Shown here piece after piece: positions 13,183-32,875 of a stretch of DNA of 64,000 nucleotides. The first letter of the stretch is position 1, and the number at the start of each line of letters is the position of its first letter. The notes under the pieces were generated by a model. That model saw only the letters and a program-made list of their open reading frames with translations. It did no database searches and had not been told where the DNA came from. The position numbers and the translations under genes are program-made. The stretch is from the human T2T-CHM13v2.0 reference genome, Homo sapiens. The stretch lies in the NCBI RefSeq assembly GCF_009914755.1, contig NC_060944.1; one strand, given 5' to 3'.

Positions 13183-15278
13183 TAATCTCATTTTCATCTC
13201 AAACTTCCATTCTCCCAACTTGAGGGGATATTTCCTTCTCTTCTGGTTTACAGCGCTCTGTTTTGCACAGATATTCAGTGTTCAGGATCCTCCTCTCTCC
13301 TGTGTGCTCCCATCCTCCCGGCGTGGCATCTGGGTATAAGGGGGCAGTGGGTAAGCTTTATGGCTCAGATGCCATTCCCTGCCTGTTGCTGGTCTTCACT
13401 CCCACGTGGTCGCTCGGAATTTGTCCCCGGGCATTACGGATTATGGTGGAACCTACCAAAATGGGGTGAACCTGATTTAGTTCCTGAGCAGTACACGGAC
13501 CTGCTTAGAAAATTGCCTGTCTGTAGCCATGAGGTCCTCATGTGCCACAACCCTCGCAGCTTGTCACCTGGCCTCTCTTTGTCCCTCAGTCCACTTAGCA
13601 CATCACTGGGACATGTGGACACATCTGGATTACCACCTACATGGCACCCACAGGTCAAGGGGACAACGGGCTGCTGTTACCACAGCTTCGGTGCCAGCTT
13701 AGTGCTGTCACGTGGTCAGTGGGGGGCATCTCTCCCTGGGCTGTGCTTGGGAAAGTGGGATCCTACTGTCCCCCAAACCTGTCCAGATGCTTCTTAGTCC
13801 TACATAGGAGTTTTCCTTCGAGGAGGGTAGACACTTGCACCTGAACTCTTGTCCTGCTTTTTTTTTTTCCTTGGCAGCACCAGAAGGCTTTTGCCCTGCT
13901 TGCTGTACAGGAACTTGTCTGAACCTTATACTGTGTCATCTCCACACTATGGCCTATAGAAAATCTCTATCCTCTCATCCCCAGGTTGTCCTCTTGCTCT
14001 GTAAAGGGAATATTTTGAAAGTTAGGAAAACTGTTTCTGCCTCAACGAAGTCACATTTTAACACTAATGTCCACAGACTCAAGAAATCTAATTTAAAACA
14101 GAGCCAGGCAATGGCTCCCATTGATTCAGTGGCTGGAGGGAGCTGCAGGCTAACTAGGAATTAGGAATTAGCCACAACAGAAGTGCATTTGGTTTCATCT
14201 CAAGAAATATCCTCCTTTACACCTGTCTTGGCAGATGTGCCCACTGCTTGGGTGGCAGGACACTTTGATTGTCTCACCAAGACTGTGTGGAAAGGGGTGG
14301 GGTACTTCTCCAAAGGGAAAAGTGGGCTGCTGTCACCCATAAAAGGGGTAGAGGGAAAGGGCAGGCAGAAACAGTAAATGTCTTCCATAGCTTCAGGTCA
14401 CATCTGCCTGCTGCTGATACCACATTCATATCTGCAGCCCATGTGTCTCCTCGATGCCACACCTCTGTGTCCACAGTCTTCCTATTCAGTCGCCTATGTG
14501 GATGTCCCTCTGACACCTGGTGAAACATGATGTGTTTCTAATTGAGCAGGTTATCTTTCCCCCTAAGCCTGGTCTCCTGGCCTTTCCCCAGTCCCTTCCA
14601 GTTTAATTGAATCAAATCGAATGTGATTCATCTCCTCCCATCCGTCTGGCTCCTGGGTTATTTAATACCCCCCCAAACTTTGGAAATATTTTAATGTGTT
14701 AATATATTATTTTTTAATAAAAAATAATTTTAACAAAAGAAAAATATACCTTTATAGAAAATTTAGAAAATATAAAGACTCAGGCACCTTATCATTTTTA
14801 TCTCCTGGTTAGCCCTGGGAGGCAGGTACTATTATTTATCCCCATTTTACAGATGAGGAAACTGAGGCTCAGAGAGGAAAATAGCTTGCTGCTTTCACAC
14901 AGGTCAGAAGGATCTATGTCGGATTTGAGCCCAGGTCTTTCTGATTGCAAGCTGAAGGCGGTCTTGTCTTTGGGATACTCAGTTGAGGGGCTTGGCCTTT
15001 GCCTCAGAAGCATTCGACTTGGCCCCTGTCCTTGAGGATGTCCCCTGGCAGCATTTGGTAAAGGTGTTGCGGAGCGCCTAGGAGCCACACTGCCTCTGAG
15101 AAGCCCTGCCTCAGATGCCCACCCCTCTGTGTGGCCTTGGGCACACTGCCCAAGCCCCTGTGCCCAGTTTACTCCTCTGAAAAATGGGGATGATGATAGT
15201 AATCGTAGGACTTCCCTTAGAGGGCTAGGAGAGGATGAAATGACTAATGTGGTAGAACACTGCCCGGCTCATAGCATC

Positions 15279-15671
15279 TGATATGGCTTAGATATTTGTC
15301 CCCTCCAAATCTCAGGTCAAACTGTGACCCCCAGTGTTGGAGGTGGGGCCTGATGGGAGGTGTTTGGGTCATGGGGGTGGATCCCTCAGGAATGGCATGG
15401 TGCCCTCCCATGGTAATGAGTTCACCCCAGGCCCATTTGTTAGAGCCTGGTACCTCCTGCCTCCTCCCTCTTGCTTCCCTCTCTGGCCGTGTTATCTGTG
15501 CAGGCCGGCTCCGCTTCACCTCCTGCCATGAGTGGAAGCAGCCTGAGACACTCACTAGAAGCCAGGCAGATGCTGGTGCCATGCAGAACTGTGACCCAAG
15601 CAAACTTCTTTTCTGTATACATTACCCAGTCTCAGCTATTCCTTTATAGCATCGCAAAACAGACTAATATA
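15279..15671 (+). mobile_element. MaLR solo LTR (MST-type) inserted in a MIR
   Basis: tgatatggcttagatatttgtcccctccaaatctc...agactaatata; 5-bp TSD gcatc. Confidence 0.85.
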
Positions 15672-15749
15672 GCATCCAACAACATTAGCCACTGCTACTA
15701 TTATCATTAGTATTTTAAGTGTGTGCATTTTAATTGCTGGTACACTGTG

Positions 15750-16146
15750 TGAACTGGCTTGGATGTTTGTCCCCTCCAAATCTCATGTCGAACTGTAATC
15801 TCCAGTGTTGGAGGTGGGGCCTGGTGGGAGGTGTTTGGATCATGGGGGCATATTCCTCATGCTTGGCTTAGCGCCATCCTGTGGTGATGAGTGAGCTAAT
15901 GGGAGATCTGATTGTTTAAAGGTGTGCGGCACCTCCCCTCTCTCTTGTTCCTGCTCTTGCTATGTGACACACAGGCTCCCCTTTGCCTTCCACCATGACT
16001 GTAAATTCCCTATGGCCTCACCAGAAGCAGATGCCAGCACCCCACTTCCTATACAGCTTGCAGAACCAAGAACAAATTAAACTTGTTTTCTTTATAAAGA
16101 CAGACTCAGGCATTTATTTGTATCAGTGCACAAACAGCCTCATACA
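15750..16146 (+). mobile_element. MaLR solo LTR (MST-type)
   Basis: tgaactggcttggatgtttgtcccctccaaatctcatg...cctcataca; TSD ctgtg/ctggg. Confidence 0.85.
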
Positions 16147-16768
16147 CTGGGCATACGTGTTATATCCTGCTTTCCTTCAATTTACTATTAGCGTTTTTAT
16201 GTCACAAACTATTCCTCAAAACATTATTTTAATGACTGTATAATAGTCCATCATTTAAATATATTCATAACTTATTCTGTAGTTAACCATCCACCCGTTT
16301 CTGGACAATTAGGGGTGTGTGTGGGTGTTTGTTGTAATAAAAAACTCTAAACCAAAAATCCTTGTCTGATTATTTTCTTAGAATTTTACACCTGGAACTC
16401 CTGGGTGGGAAGGTATAAACCGTTTAAAGTCTCCGGCAACACACTAATAAATTGCTTCAAAGGAAAGTTCTCAACCGTTACTCTCAGCAGTGTGTGTATT
16501 AGGGCCATCCTCACCACACCCTTTCAGGTAGCGAGGTGAGCTTTTTCAAAGTCCACCTTTGTTGCTATTTCTTTACAAGGCAGGTTTTACTACATGTCCT
16601 TGGGTTGGTGGGGGTTGGTCCCATGCTCAAGGTGCTTCTACCTATGCTGCCTGTTACAATGTTCTTAAATTAGCTAACAGTCCCATAAACCCTGAGTGGA
16701 CATATTCACCCTGTTTCCTGCCTGGTCTGTTCTCCTGCGGGTGGAAATATAATTTTCAGTGCTGGAAA

Positions 16769-17070
16769 TTTTTTTTTTTTTTTTTGAGACGGAGTCTTGC
16801 TGTGTCACCCAAACTGGAGTGCAGTGGCACCATCTCGGCTCACTGCAATCCCCGCCTCCAGGGTTCAAGCGAGTCTCCTGCCTCAGCGCCCCGAGTAGCT
16901 GGAATTACAAGCTCACACCACCACGTCCAGCTAATCTTTTTTGTATTTTTTGTAGAGACAGGGTTTCACCGTATTGGCCAGGCTGGTATCAAACTCCTGA
17001 CCTCAAGTGATCCACCCACCGTGGCCTCTGAAAGTGTTGGGATTACAGGTGTGAGCCACCGTGCCTAGCC
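16769..17070 (-). mobile_element. Alu (AluS-like)
   Basis: Antisense Alu consensus. Confidence 0.95.
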
Positions 17071-18147
17071 AATTCACTGGTTTCTCTGTTTCTCTGTCGC
17101 CCCTGCTTTAAGATGTTTAGCATGTGGCCTCGCTCCCTGGTGACAGCACAGTCCCAAAGCCCAGTAATATATTTTAAAGAAGTCTATTAAAGGTACGAGC
17201 TTAGCTGGACTGACCCATTATCTGAAATCTGTGTGTGGCCTTCCCAACTTACATTGCCAATACTTGTGCCTGTTTCAACTTGAGATTCCTGTTCGGTGTA
17301 CTCTCCCTTTAAGTTACCCTACTGCTGGTATCCTAACCTCCCAGAAAGAGAGCTAGAGTTTTATTTTGTTAAAGTAAAATCAGTATTCCCCAGTGCTCTG
17401 TATTTTACAAAATGCATTCACACATGACTGCCTTGATCCTCAGAATGATTCTGGGAGTTACTGTGTTTATCTCCATTTTGCAGATGAGCCCCAGAGAGGC
17501 GAAGCCACTTGAGCTCGTGAGTGACAGTCAGATGTCAAGCCCTGCTCTTTCTAAAGCGTGCTGCCTTCAGAAAAGAAGAGCCAGAAGGATGGAAATTACT
17601 TCAGAAAGATGAATACCAGCTTTGAAGGAATAAAAGCTGACGAGGAATTGAAGGAGTTGAGGCACGAGCTTGAACAGGGTTGCATGTTTGGCCCTTGATT
17701 GTAAATGCCCATTGCTGCACCTGTTCCTGTTACTTGGGGAGTTGCAGCAGAAGGAACAGCGGCCTGGGACTCCAGAGAACTGGGTTCCCTCTCATCCCTC
17801 CAGGGCCACCACTTCTTGTGGGCCCTTGGGCAAGTCACTGTACTTTCTGAGTCTCAGTTTCCCCATTTGCAGAATGGAAATAACTACCCCGGTCTACCAA
17901 CTTAGAAGAATTGCTTTGAGGATCTGATAAGGTGGTGTGGATGATGCTGCCTTGGGGGCTTTACAGTCTGGAGCTCAAGGGACCCCTTAAGTTGGGCTTA
18001 CTTAGTAACTCCAGGGGTGGGCAGAACAGGACTCCAATGAGGGTTTTTTTCTTTTTCCCTTTTTTTTCTTTTCCTATCTCTTAACTTTTATCTTTATTAT
18101 TTTACAATGCCCTTGTAAGATGAAACAAGTGATGCTGAAATATCTTT

Positions 18148-18976
<829 letters not shown>

Positions 18977-19280
18977 ACATACTTAAAGTAGAAACGAAAA
19001 TTGTCATGTGCTCCCCCACGCCCCTCCATTCTACTCTGCAGAGAGACAGCTGCCTGCTGTTTGTGGTTTAGTACACCTCCTTCCAGGCTTTAAATAAACT
19101 AAACCCATGCATATTTCTCTGTGTATACTTTTTCAGTACATGTACACGTGCACTTGTTTGTACAGTTTGTTCTTTAAATTTTATAAAAATGTCCCCTATA
19201 CTGCATCTTGATTTATCCTCCTCATGATTTTAAGACCTTGCTACATCAGAGCTACTTTTCTATTCTAGAAAGAAAGACAT

Positions 19281-20077
<797 letters not shown>

Positions 20078-20180
20078 TGAAGTGAAGTTGCTGGTAACAC
20101 AGATTGTAATATTTGATGAACAGGCAGAATTCCTGGATTCCACTCCCACCAGTGGTGTTTGGGGCACCCATTGGCCTACG

Positions 20181-20406
20181 GTAGTTCTCAGCCAGAGATG
20201 CTTCTTCCTCTGAGGTTCTGCCCCTGAGGGGACATTTGGCAATGCCTGGAGATATTTTTGGCTGTCACAACTTGGGGGATGGTGACGGAGATGCTACTGA
20301 TATCTAGTGGACAGAAGGCAGGGATGCTGCTTGACACCTTACAATAAACAGGAGAGTCCCCCACAACAAAGAGTTATGTCAATAGTTCCAAGGATGAGAA
20401 ACCCTG
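20181..20406. mobile_element. MER20 (hAT-Charlie MITE)
   Basis: gtagttctcagcc...ggggacatttggcaatgcctggagatatttttggctgtcacaac...gagaaaccctg. Confidence 0.8.
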
Positions 20407-20602
20407 GCCTCCACCAAGATTGCCAGTGGGGGACAGTGTCATTCTTTCCAATCTTGCCAATCTGGTAGTTTGCAAAATGATAATTTATTCTATACCTTTT
20501 CAGGATAATAGAGATATCTTTATTTCTTCCTTTATATATTACTTGAATTTGATATAATGAACATGTATGATTTCTATAATTCTTTTGAAAGGCCATTAAG
20601 GA

Positions 20603-20908
20603 TTTTTTATTTATTTATTTATTTTTGAGACGGAGTATCCCTCTGTTGCTCATGCTGGGGTGCAATGGCGCAATCTCGGTTCACTGCAACATCTACCTCC
20701 CGGGTTCAAGCAACTCTCCTGCCTCAGCCTTCTGAGTAACTGGGACTACAGGCACCCACCACCACGACCGGCTAATTTTTGTATTTTTAGTAGAGATGGG
20801 GTTTCACCATGTTGGCCAGGCTGGTCTCGAACTCCTGACCTCGTGATCCACCCACCTCAGCCTCCCAAAGTGCTGGGATTACAGGAGTGAGTCACTGCAC
20901 TCGGCGCC
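20603..20908 (-). mobile_element. Alu
   Basis: Antisense Alu consensus. Confidence 0.95.
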
Positions 20909-22359
20909 ATCAAGGGGTTTTTTTAAAGGTCTCTACCTCTTGGACCATTAACTGTTGACTGATGTTGCAGTGTGTTCCTAAGACTTAATTGTGTACGTGC
21001 CTGTGTGTTTTTCCTTGATGAGGTATAGAAGGAAGTCCTCAGTGCGGGCCTTGAGAATCCATCCGTGCTTCAGGTTCCAGTCTCCCATCCTCTGGCCATC
21101 AGAATTCCTCTATTGCTCTTCCAAACCATTTTCACCTGGTTGACACCCAGGCCCAGGGGCCATCTCCAAGAATCACCTTGGCCCAGAGAGACTCGTTACC
21201 ACTGAGCAGACCTCCAAAACAAAATGTACCTTGCGGCTGACCCTGGGAAACCCAGCACATACACCATGGACTCATCTGCCCAGGGGCACATTTCATGCCC
21301 ACGTTCATTTCCCAGCTTTGAAACCTGAGATCTATTTGCCCAGTGAAATTCCAGGGCTGTCAGAGCTGAGCCAAGCCCCCTGGTGCTGCTGCGGAGCTGG
21401 AGCTGGAGCTGCTGGCATAGGCTCTGGTGGGGCTCACATTCCCTCCTCATCTCCACTATGTCCCGTCAGAGTGGAAATGGAGTGGAGCCCAGTCTCACCC
21501 ACTCCCACCCCCAACCACCCCACCCGGCATGGCAAGGACTCCTGGAGCAGTACCGCACTCCTTCCACTTGGTGCAGAGTCAGCCAGAGTCAGCCTGGACG
21601 AAGTGTCCACGGGGAACTTGTTGGTATCACTTGGATATTCCCAAGAAAATTTCCCACGTGGTAGAAGTAGCGTAGACTTGCCTGCAGCCCTTGTGAATCG
21701 TGTGGAGTGGGCTCCTCCAATAGCCGACGTTCAGAGTGGGCAGACAGCTCCTGGCCCTGGTGCCGGGCACAGGACTTCTGCCAGCAGTTCTGTGTGTTTG
21801 ATCTGCAGCCCAGTGTGGTTTTCCAGTAAAGCAAAGGTGTATGTGGAGGTTGCGTGGTCTAACGTCTCCACTCTCTAGAATCCACACCAGTCATGTCAGG
21901 GGCATGGAGTGTCCAAGCTGTGAGGCCATGAATGCCGGAGACACCTGAGCATTGCTGACGTGGAGAGATGGCAGTAATCGGGAGGGGAGGAGAGGACATA
22001 AGGAGATGGGCCTGAGTTCTCAGCCTGCCCTGCTGCCCATCCTGGGCAGATAAATCACTGGACCTCTTGGGCCTCAGCTTCCTCATTAACTGGTTATTGG
22101 AAGCATTCACCCTTTTTCAATCTGAAGTTTCCTCAAAAACACTGCCAATTAGAGAAAGCTGGCTAAAATGAACTAGAGATTTAAAGTAGAGTTTAGAGTA
22201 AGTCCAGCTCCTGTCTCTTATTCAAAAGTAACCAATGCTCAGAATAGGAAGGAAAAAAAAGAAATACAGCCAAGCAAAAAGTAGCTCCTAAAGAACACCC
22301 ATGATTCCACCCACCCAAAGGCCGTGGCATCCTGGTGGAAGCCTTCTAGATACGTGGTT

Positions 22360-22662
22360 CTTTTCCTTTTGTTTTATTGAAATGTAGTCTCACTCTGTCA
22401 CCTAGGCTGGAGTGCTGTGGTGAAATCTGGGCTCACTACAACCGCCGCCTCTCCTGTTCAAGCAATTCTCCTGCCTCAGCCTCCTGGGTAGCTGGGATTA
22501 CAGGAGCCCCCGACCATATCCGGCTAATTTTTTGTATTTTTAGTAGAAATGGAGTGTCACCATGTTGGCCAGGTTGGTCTCGAACTCCTGACCTCAAGTG
22601 ATCTGCCGGCCTCGGCCTCCCAAGGTGCTGGAATTACAGGCGTGAGTCACAACACTTGGTCA
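22360..22662 (-). mobile_element. Alu
   Basis: Antisense Alu consensus. Confidence 0.95.
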
Positions 22663-23099
22663 ATATGTGATTCTTAACCCGGATTAGTAGCCTGCTTTTG
22701 GGGAAGGGAGCCCCTGAATTCACTAAAGTTGTGTGTTTGGGTTCAAGTTTCTACCTCTCATTCAATTCACAGAGAGGTTCTTGACTCATTGAAACAAGAA
22801 CCAGTGTTTTAAGTATTTTCTTTGCATACATATCAAAAATACCTTTAATGAGATCTGACCACACAGGCTATTTTGCAATTTGCTGTTGTCCCTTACTAAT
22901 ATACTGAGCTTAATTTAACAAACCGTCTTTTGTGGGCCCTTTAGGATATTCTAGTTGTGTTGCTGTTACAACGAGTGCAGTGCACATATAAGTTGGGTGA
23001 AGAAGAATTAGAGCATAAAGAGAAATCAAGGAAAAAAAAACCATAAAATTTGAACAGCTGACAAAAGTGCTCAAAAGGGCACGAAAGGATGTCAAATTA

Positions 23100-23739
<640 letters not shown>

Positions 23740-24886
23740 GGGACTAATATTTTCAACCAATTATATTGAAGTCAACAAATATTTATTGGGCAGATGCTAT
23801 GAATATTATCTGCCGGACCCTCTGCCAGGTGCTGCAGACTCAACAGGTAGCCGCCACTGACCTTACTGAGCTTACAAACTAGCAGAGACCAACATGGAAG
23901 TTATTTCACACTCAGACAGTTTGTGTTTAACCAAACTGCCTTCATGCCCCATGACCTTGGCCACAGCTCTCTCATTATGGAAACTGTCAGGAGGTCTGGG
24001 CATAGGCGCGGTTTGATGAATCAACGTTGGCAGGGAGAGACACAGAGGAATCCTGAATCATCTCGCTCCCCATGCTCTTCTCGCGCCATGACCCGGCCTC
24101 CCTGCCTTTGGGGAGGCTGCATGTTCCAGCCCTGAGTGGAGGCCCCCTCCAAGCTCACACCCAACCCACAGGTTCTCCCTGAAAGAAGGTCATTCAACCC
24201 CTGCATGTTCTTTTCAGAAACAGGATGTTCACTGCCCTCTGCCTCAGCCCCTTCCTGCTTGTTTGAACCTTTTCCTTATATTGAACTGCAACAGCGCTCC
24301 CTATAACTTCCTCTGATTGGTCCCAGAACCTCACAGAACAAGTCTGTCATTTTCTCCAACCTGCAGATCTAAAGACCTTTAGATCTTCCTTGGGTGAAGC
24401 ATGCAATCCCATAGTCTGCTCCTTGAGTGGATGCCGAGGGTCTGTGATGCCCTTCCCTGGCAGGAAGGGCCTGCAAACCCCTGCTGATTCACCAAACTGC
24501 ACATGCCCAGACCTTCTGACAGGGTATTCATGAGCAGATGGCCACAGCAGGGGGCAGCAAGGGCCAGACACTTGGGGGCCAGCTATGCTGATGACACTGA
24601 AAAAACTTTCGCAGCTTCAAGAGCTGGGTGGGGAAGGACGAGAAGATGGGCCAGCCCTGATTGGAGGACCTAATCGGCTGTCCTCCCAAAAGGAGCCTGT
24701 GTGCCTTACAGCAGAGCTTCTCACAATTAAAGTGCATGCCAATCTCCTGGAAGTCTGCTAAACTGTGGGCTTAGGGTAGGGCCTGAGACTCTGCATTTCT
24801 TACAAGCTCCCAGTGCTGTGCTGATGCTTTAGACTATGCTTTGAGTAGCAAGACCCTGGGGCAGAGGGGAGGATCACAGTCCTCTA

Positions 24887-25734
<848 letters not shown>

Positions 25735-26159
25735 TCAGAATCTCTAGGGCTGGATTCCTGGCATTGCTACTTTATAAAAGGCCTTAGTTAGTTCTAATGT
25801 GCACACAGGGTAAAAAATCAGTGATTGACACCCCTCCACTCCCCGCCACCTTCTCTTTCACTGCTTCAGCTTGAAATCTCTACTGGGTGAGACTGATGAC
25901 CAGCCCAGTTTGGTTTGGAGCAGAAGCAGTGGTTTTCAGGATCACCTGGGAGCTTTATAAAATGTCCATGTCAGGGCTCCTGCCCCAGACCAACTGAATC
26001 AGAATTGCTAGGTGTCAGGGCCAAGAGATTCTTGTTTCACAAAGCTACCCAGATGGTGCTAAGGTTCAGCCACCAGTGTAGAGCCTAATATAAGAACCAT
26101 CTAGGATTACCACATTCTTCCGCTGAACATTCAGATTCAAAGTCTGGGGTGAGGACCAG

Positions 26160-27334
<1,175 letters not shown>

Positions 27335-27509
27335 TGCTCCCCAGTTTGCCACAGTCTCCACCACACAGCATTGCTTTATGCCTGGCTTGCCTCACATTCA
27401 TGACACTTCTCCCATATGCCTACAGCTTCTCGAGTCAGTGAACCCTGATGCAATAGATGTAGAAGTTACGCGTTAGCTGTTAAGATTTTTCACAGCAAAA
27501 TTCAAGTGA

Positions 27510-28197
<688 letters not shown>

Positions 28198-28409
28198 TAA
28201 TGCCCTTTCCATGAGATTTTGGTAACAGGTCTAGCTCAGAAGGACACTCAGACGATGTGAATTCCCTTCCCTTTTCCTGCAGTGTGAGGACCAGGATTGG
28301 CTTGCCCTCAGTGGTCACGGGGAAATCAAGCAATATCTTTTTTTTTTTCCTAAACAACTTTGATTTAAAAAATTAAAAAAATATATGGAATAATGCATGT
28401 CTACAATAG

Positions 28410-28826
28410 GTATATTAGTCAGCTTGGGCTGCCATAACAAAATATCACACCCCAGGTGGCTTACACATCAGAAACTAAATGAAAGAAGTAGACCAAAAAA
28501 AAAAAAAAATCAGAAACTCATTTTCTCATAGTTGTGGAAGCTGCAAGTCCAAGATCAAGGTGCCAGCAGGGTTGGTTTCTGTTGAGGCCTCCCTTGCTGA
28601 CTTGCAGACGGCAACCGTCTCACTGTGTCCTCACAGGGCCTTTCTTCTGTGAGCACTCCTGTGTCTCTTCCTCTTAGAAGAACAAGAGTCTTGTTGAATT
28701 AGGGCTTTGCCCTTATGACCTAATCTAACCTTTATTGTGTCCTCAAAGGCCCTATTTTCATATATAACCACATTAGGGATTACTTCATCATATCAATTTT
28801 CGGATGCACAATTAAGTCCATAACAG
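28410..28826. mobile_element. MaLR LTR (MLT1A-like)
   Basis: tattagtcagcttgggctgccataacaaaata...gtccaagatcaaggtgccagcagggttggtttc...aagtccataaca. Confidence 0.75.
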
Positions 28827-28850
28827 AAGGAAAATCAGAAACTCCAATTA

Positions 28851-29255
<405 letters not shown>

Positions 29256-29468
29256 TTATTGACTGCCCTTCTACAATTTATATGTCTTAAAAAATTGAAT
29301 TGTACATACTTTTTTGGTAACCCTTTTTTTTCCTCTTTACATTTTAAAGATTGTAATAACCTAAGCTAAATAGAATTTTTAAAACACCTTACATAATCAA
29401 TACCTGTTCTTAAAATTTAAACGTATCATGAAATCCTTCCTTATATTTAGTGGATATAAATTATTCCA

Positions 29469-29762
29469 TGGCCAGGCATGATGACTCACACCTATAATCT
29501 CAACAATTTGGGACACCTAGATGGGCAGATTGCTTGAGCTCAGGAGTTCAAGACCAGCCTGGGCAACATGATGAAACCCCATCTCTATGAAAAGTACAAA
29601 AGTTAGCTGGGCATGGTGGCACAAGACTGTTGTCCCAGCTACTCAGGAGGCTGAAGTGGGAGGATCACCTGAGCTCGTGGAGGTCGAGGCTGTAGTGAGC
29701 CATGATTGCATCACTGCACTCCAGCCTGGGCAACAGAGTGAGACCCTGTCTCAATCAATCAA
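29469..29762 (+). mobile_element. Alu (AluJ-like)
   Basis: Diverged Alu with J-type features (gaggatcacctgagctc, gaggtcgaggctgtagtgagccatgatt). Confidence 0.9.
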
Positions 29763-30321
29763 TTCATCCAACCATGTTATAGATATACTCTAATTTTTAA
29801 ATCAAATCCCCTATTGTCTGGACACTTCAAAGTCCATTTTCTATGGACTTAGTGTTCATTAGCTCTTGACTTTAGGCTACTAATATTCATATCCAGATGA
29901 GTGTCAGTTTCCCGATGTATATTATAAGGATGATAACAATATCTATCTCAATTACAATAACGTCTATAAAGTGCTTAGCACACTGTCTGACACATGGAAA
30001 CCCTCATGACTGTTATTATGATTATTATAAATCTGTAGAACCTTGTATACCTAGCCAATGGTTTCTATATGATAAATTCGTAAAAGGTAAGTATATTTGA
30101 CAGATTTTTGTTAAATTTCACCAAATTTTCTTCCTGAGAGGCTAGGCAAATCCACAATCTGTTATCTGGAATGAATTTTTGAATTTGGCTTTTGTGAGAT
30201 TTTAGAAAGGTAATGTAGTACTATACTATATATTATGTGAAATTCCCAGTGGGGGCTGGGGCAGCACCTCATAATCAAATACATTAATGTTTCTTTAGAG
30301 AGAGATAAATAAAGATCATAG

Positions 30322-30733
<412 letters not shown>

Positions 30734-30823
30734 TTATAACGTTGGACTTTAAAATTGCAGTCAGGGAATTATTGACTTTCATAATTGGCAAGTTTAGTAG
30801 GCTGGAGCGGTAGGGTTACTTAA

Positions 30824-31393
<570 letters not shown>

Positions 31394-31655
31394 TCACTGG
31401 AACAAGGGAGGATGGGATCAACCTGATTGGCTTTGACCACTGGGACAGGAGTCAAGGTAAGCTCCACCCCACTCCCTTGGCAGCAAGGCAGCAACATGAT
31501 GGGGTGGGGTGAGGGGAGGTAGATGTATGTAGAATAGATGTTGGACAGATAACCACAGTGTCCACTGCAGATTTTAGTATGAATTGCTTGTTTCTAATTT
31601 TCATTACTACTTATTGATTTGTAGGAGCTCTTTATATATGATGAATATTATGCCT

Positions 31656-32010
31656 TGATATGGTTTGGCTGTGTCCCCACCCAACTCTCTTCTTGAATTG
31701 TAGCTCCCATAATCCCTACATGTTGTGGGAGGAACCTGGTGGGAGGTCATTGAATCATGGGGGCGGGTTTTCATGTGCTGTTCTCATGATAATGAATAAG
31801 GCTCATGAGATCTGATGGTTTTATAAAGGGCAGTTCCCCTGCACACACTCTCTTGCCTGCTGCCAAGAGAGTACATGTAAGACATGTCCTTGCTCCTCCT
31901 TCACCTTCCACTGTGATTGTGAGGCCTCCTCAGCCATTAAACCTCTTTTTCTTTGTAAATTATCCAGTCTCAGGTATTTCTTCATAGCAGTATGGAAATG
32001 GACTAATACA
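31656..32010 (+). mobile_element. THE1-type MaLR solo LTR
   Basis: tgatatggtttggctgtgtccccaccca...tcttgaattgtagctcccataatccc...atggactaataca. Confidence 0.85.
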
Positions 32011-32494
32011 TATTTTTATGTAAATTGTGAATATTTCTCCCAGTCTATTGCTTATCCTTTAACTTTATTTTATAATTTTTGTGGTACAAAATTTTTTAAG
32101 CTTTGTGTATCAAATCTGTCAGCCCTTCCCCTACTCTTTTAGTCCAAGCAGGATTTGAAGTGTTTTGGGGCGGAAGGGAAAATGATGGGGAGCAGCAGTG
32201 CCCTTCAAGACCTTGGAAATAATGTCACCTCTCGGAATTAAAATGACACCCAGTGAATGCAATTAGTGTTCTGGAAAAGAGAATTGAGAGACTGTGTAAA
32301 AGTGTGGAACGGAGACTTTAGGGTCACAGCAAACTTCCGTCAGGCTGAGCAGAGGTCATCACCAGGCGCAGGCCAGGGGGCATTCATTGATTGACTTGTT
32401 TATTTAATACTGGACACCTACTCTGTGTCAGGCTCTGGGCCGGGAGCTGAAGGCAGAGGTGAACATTACCAAGTCCTTACTCTTATGGAGCTTA

Positions 32495-32875
<381 letters not shown>

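Noticed and set aside
13263-13830. Unique-looking ORF-rich stretch with faint resemblance to ERVL/MaLR internal sequence
   Set aside because: Similarity too weak to call by eye; no splice or start context supporting a gene
15279-16146. Two similar MST LTRs 78 bp apart that look like a collapsed provirus
   Set aside because: Each has its own 5-bp TSD (gcatc; ctgtg/ctggg), so they are independent solo-LTR insertions
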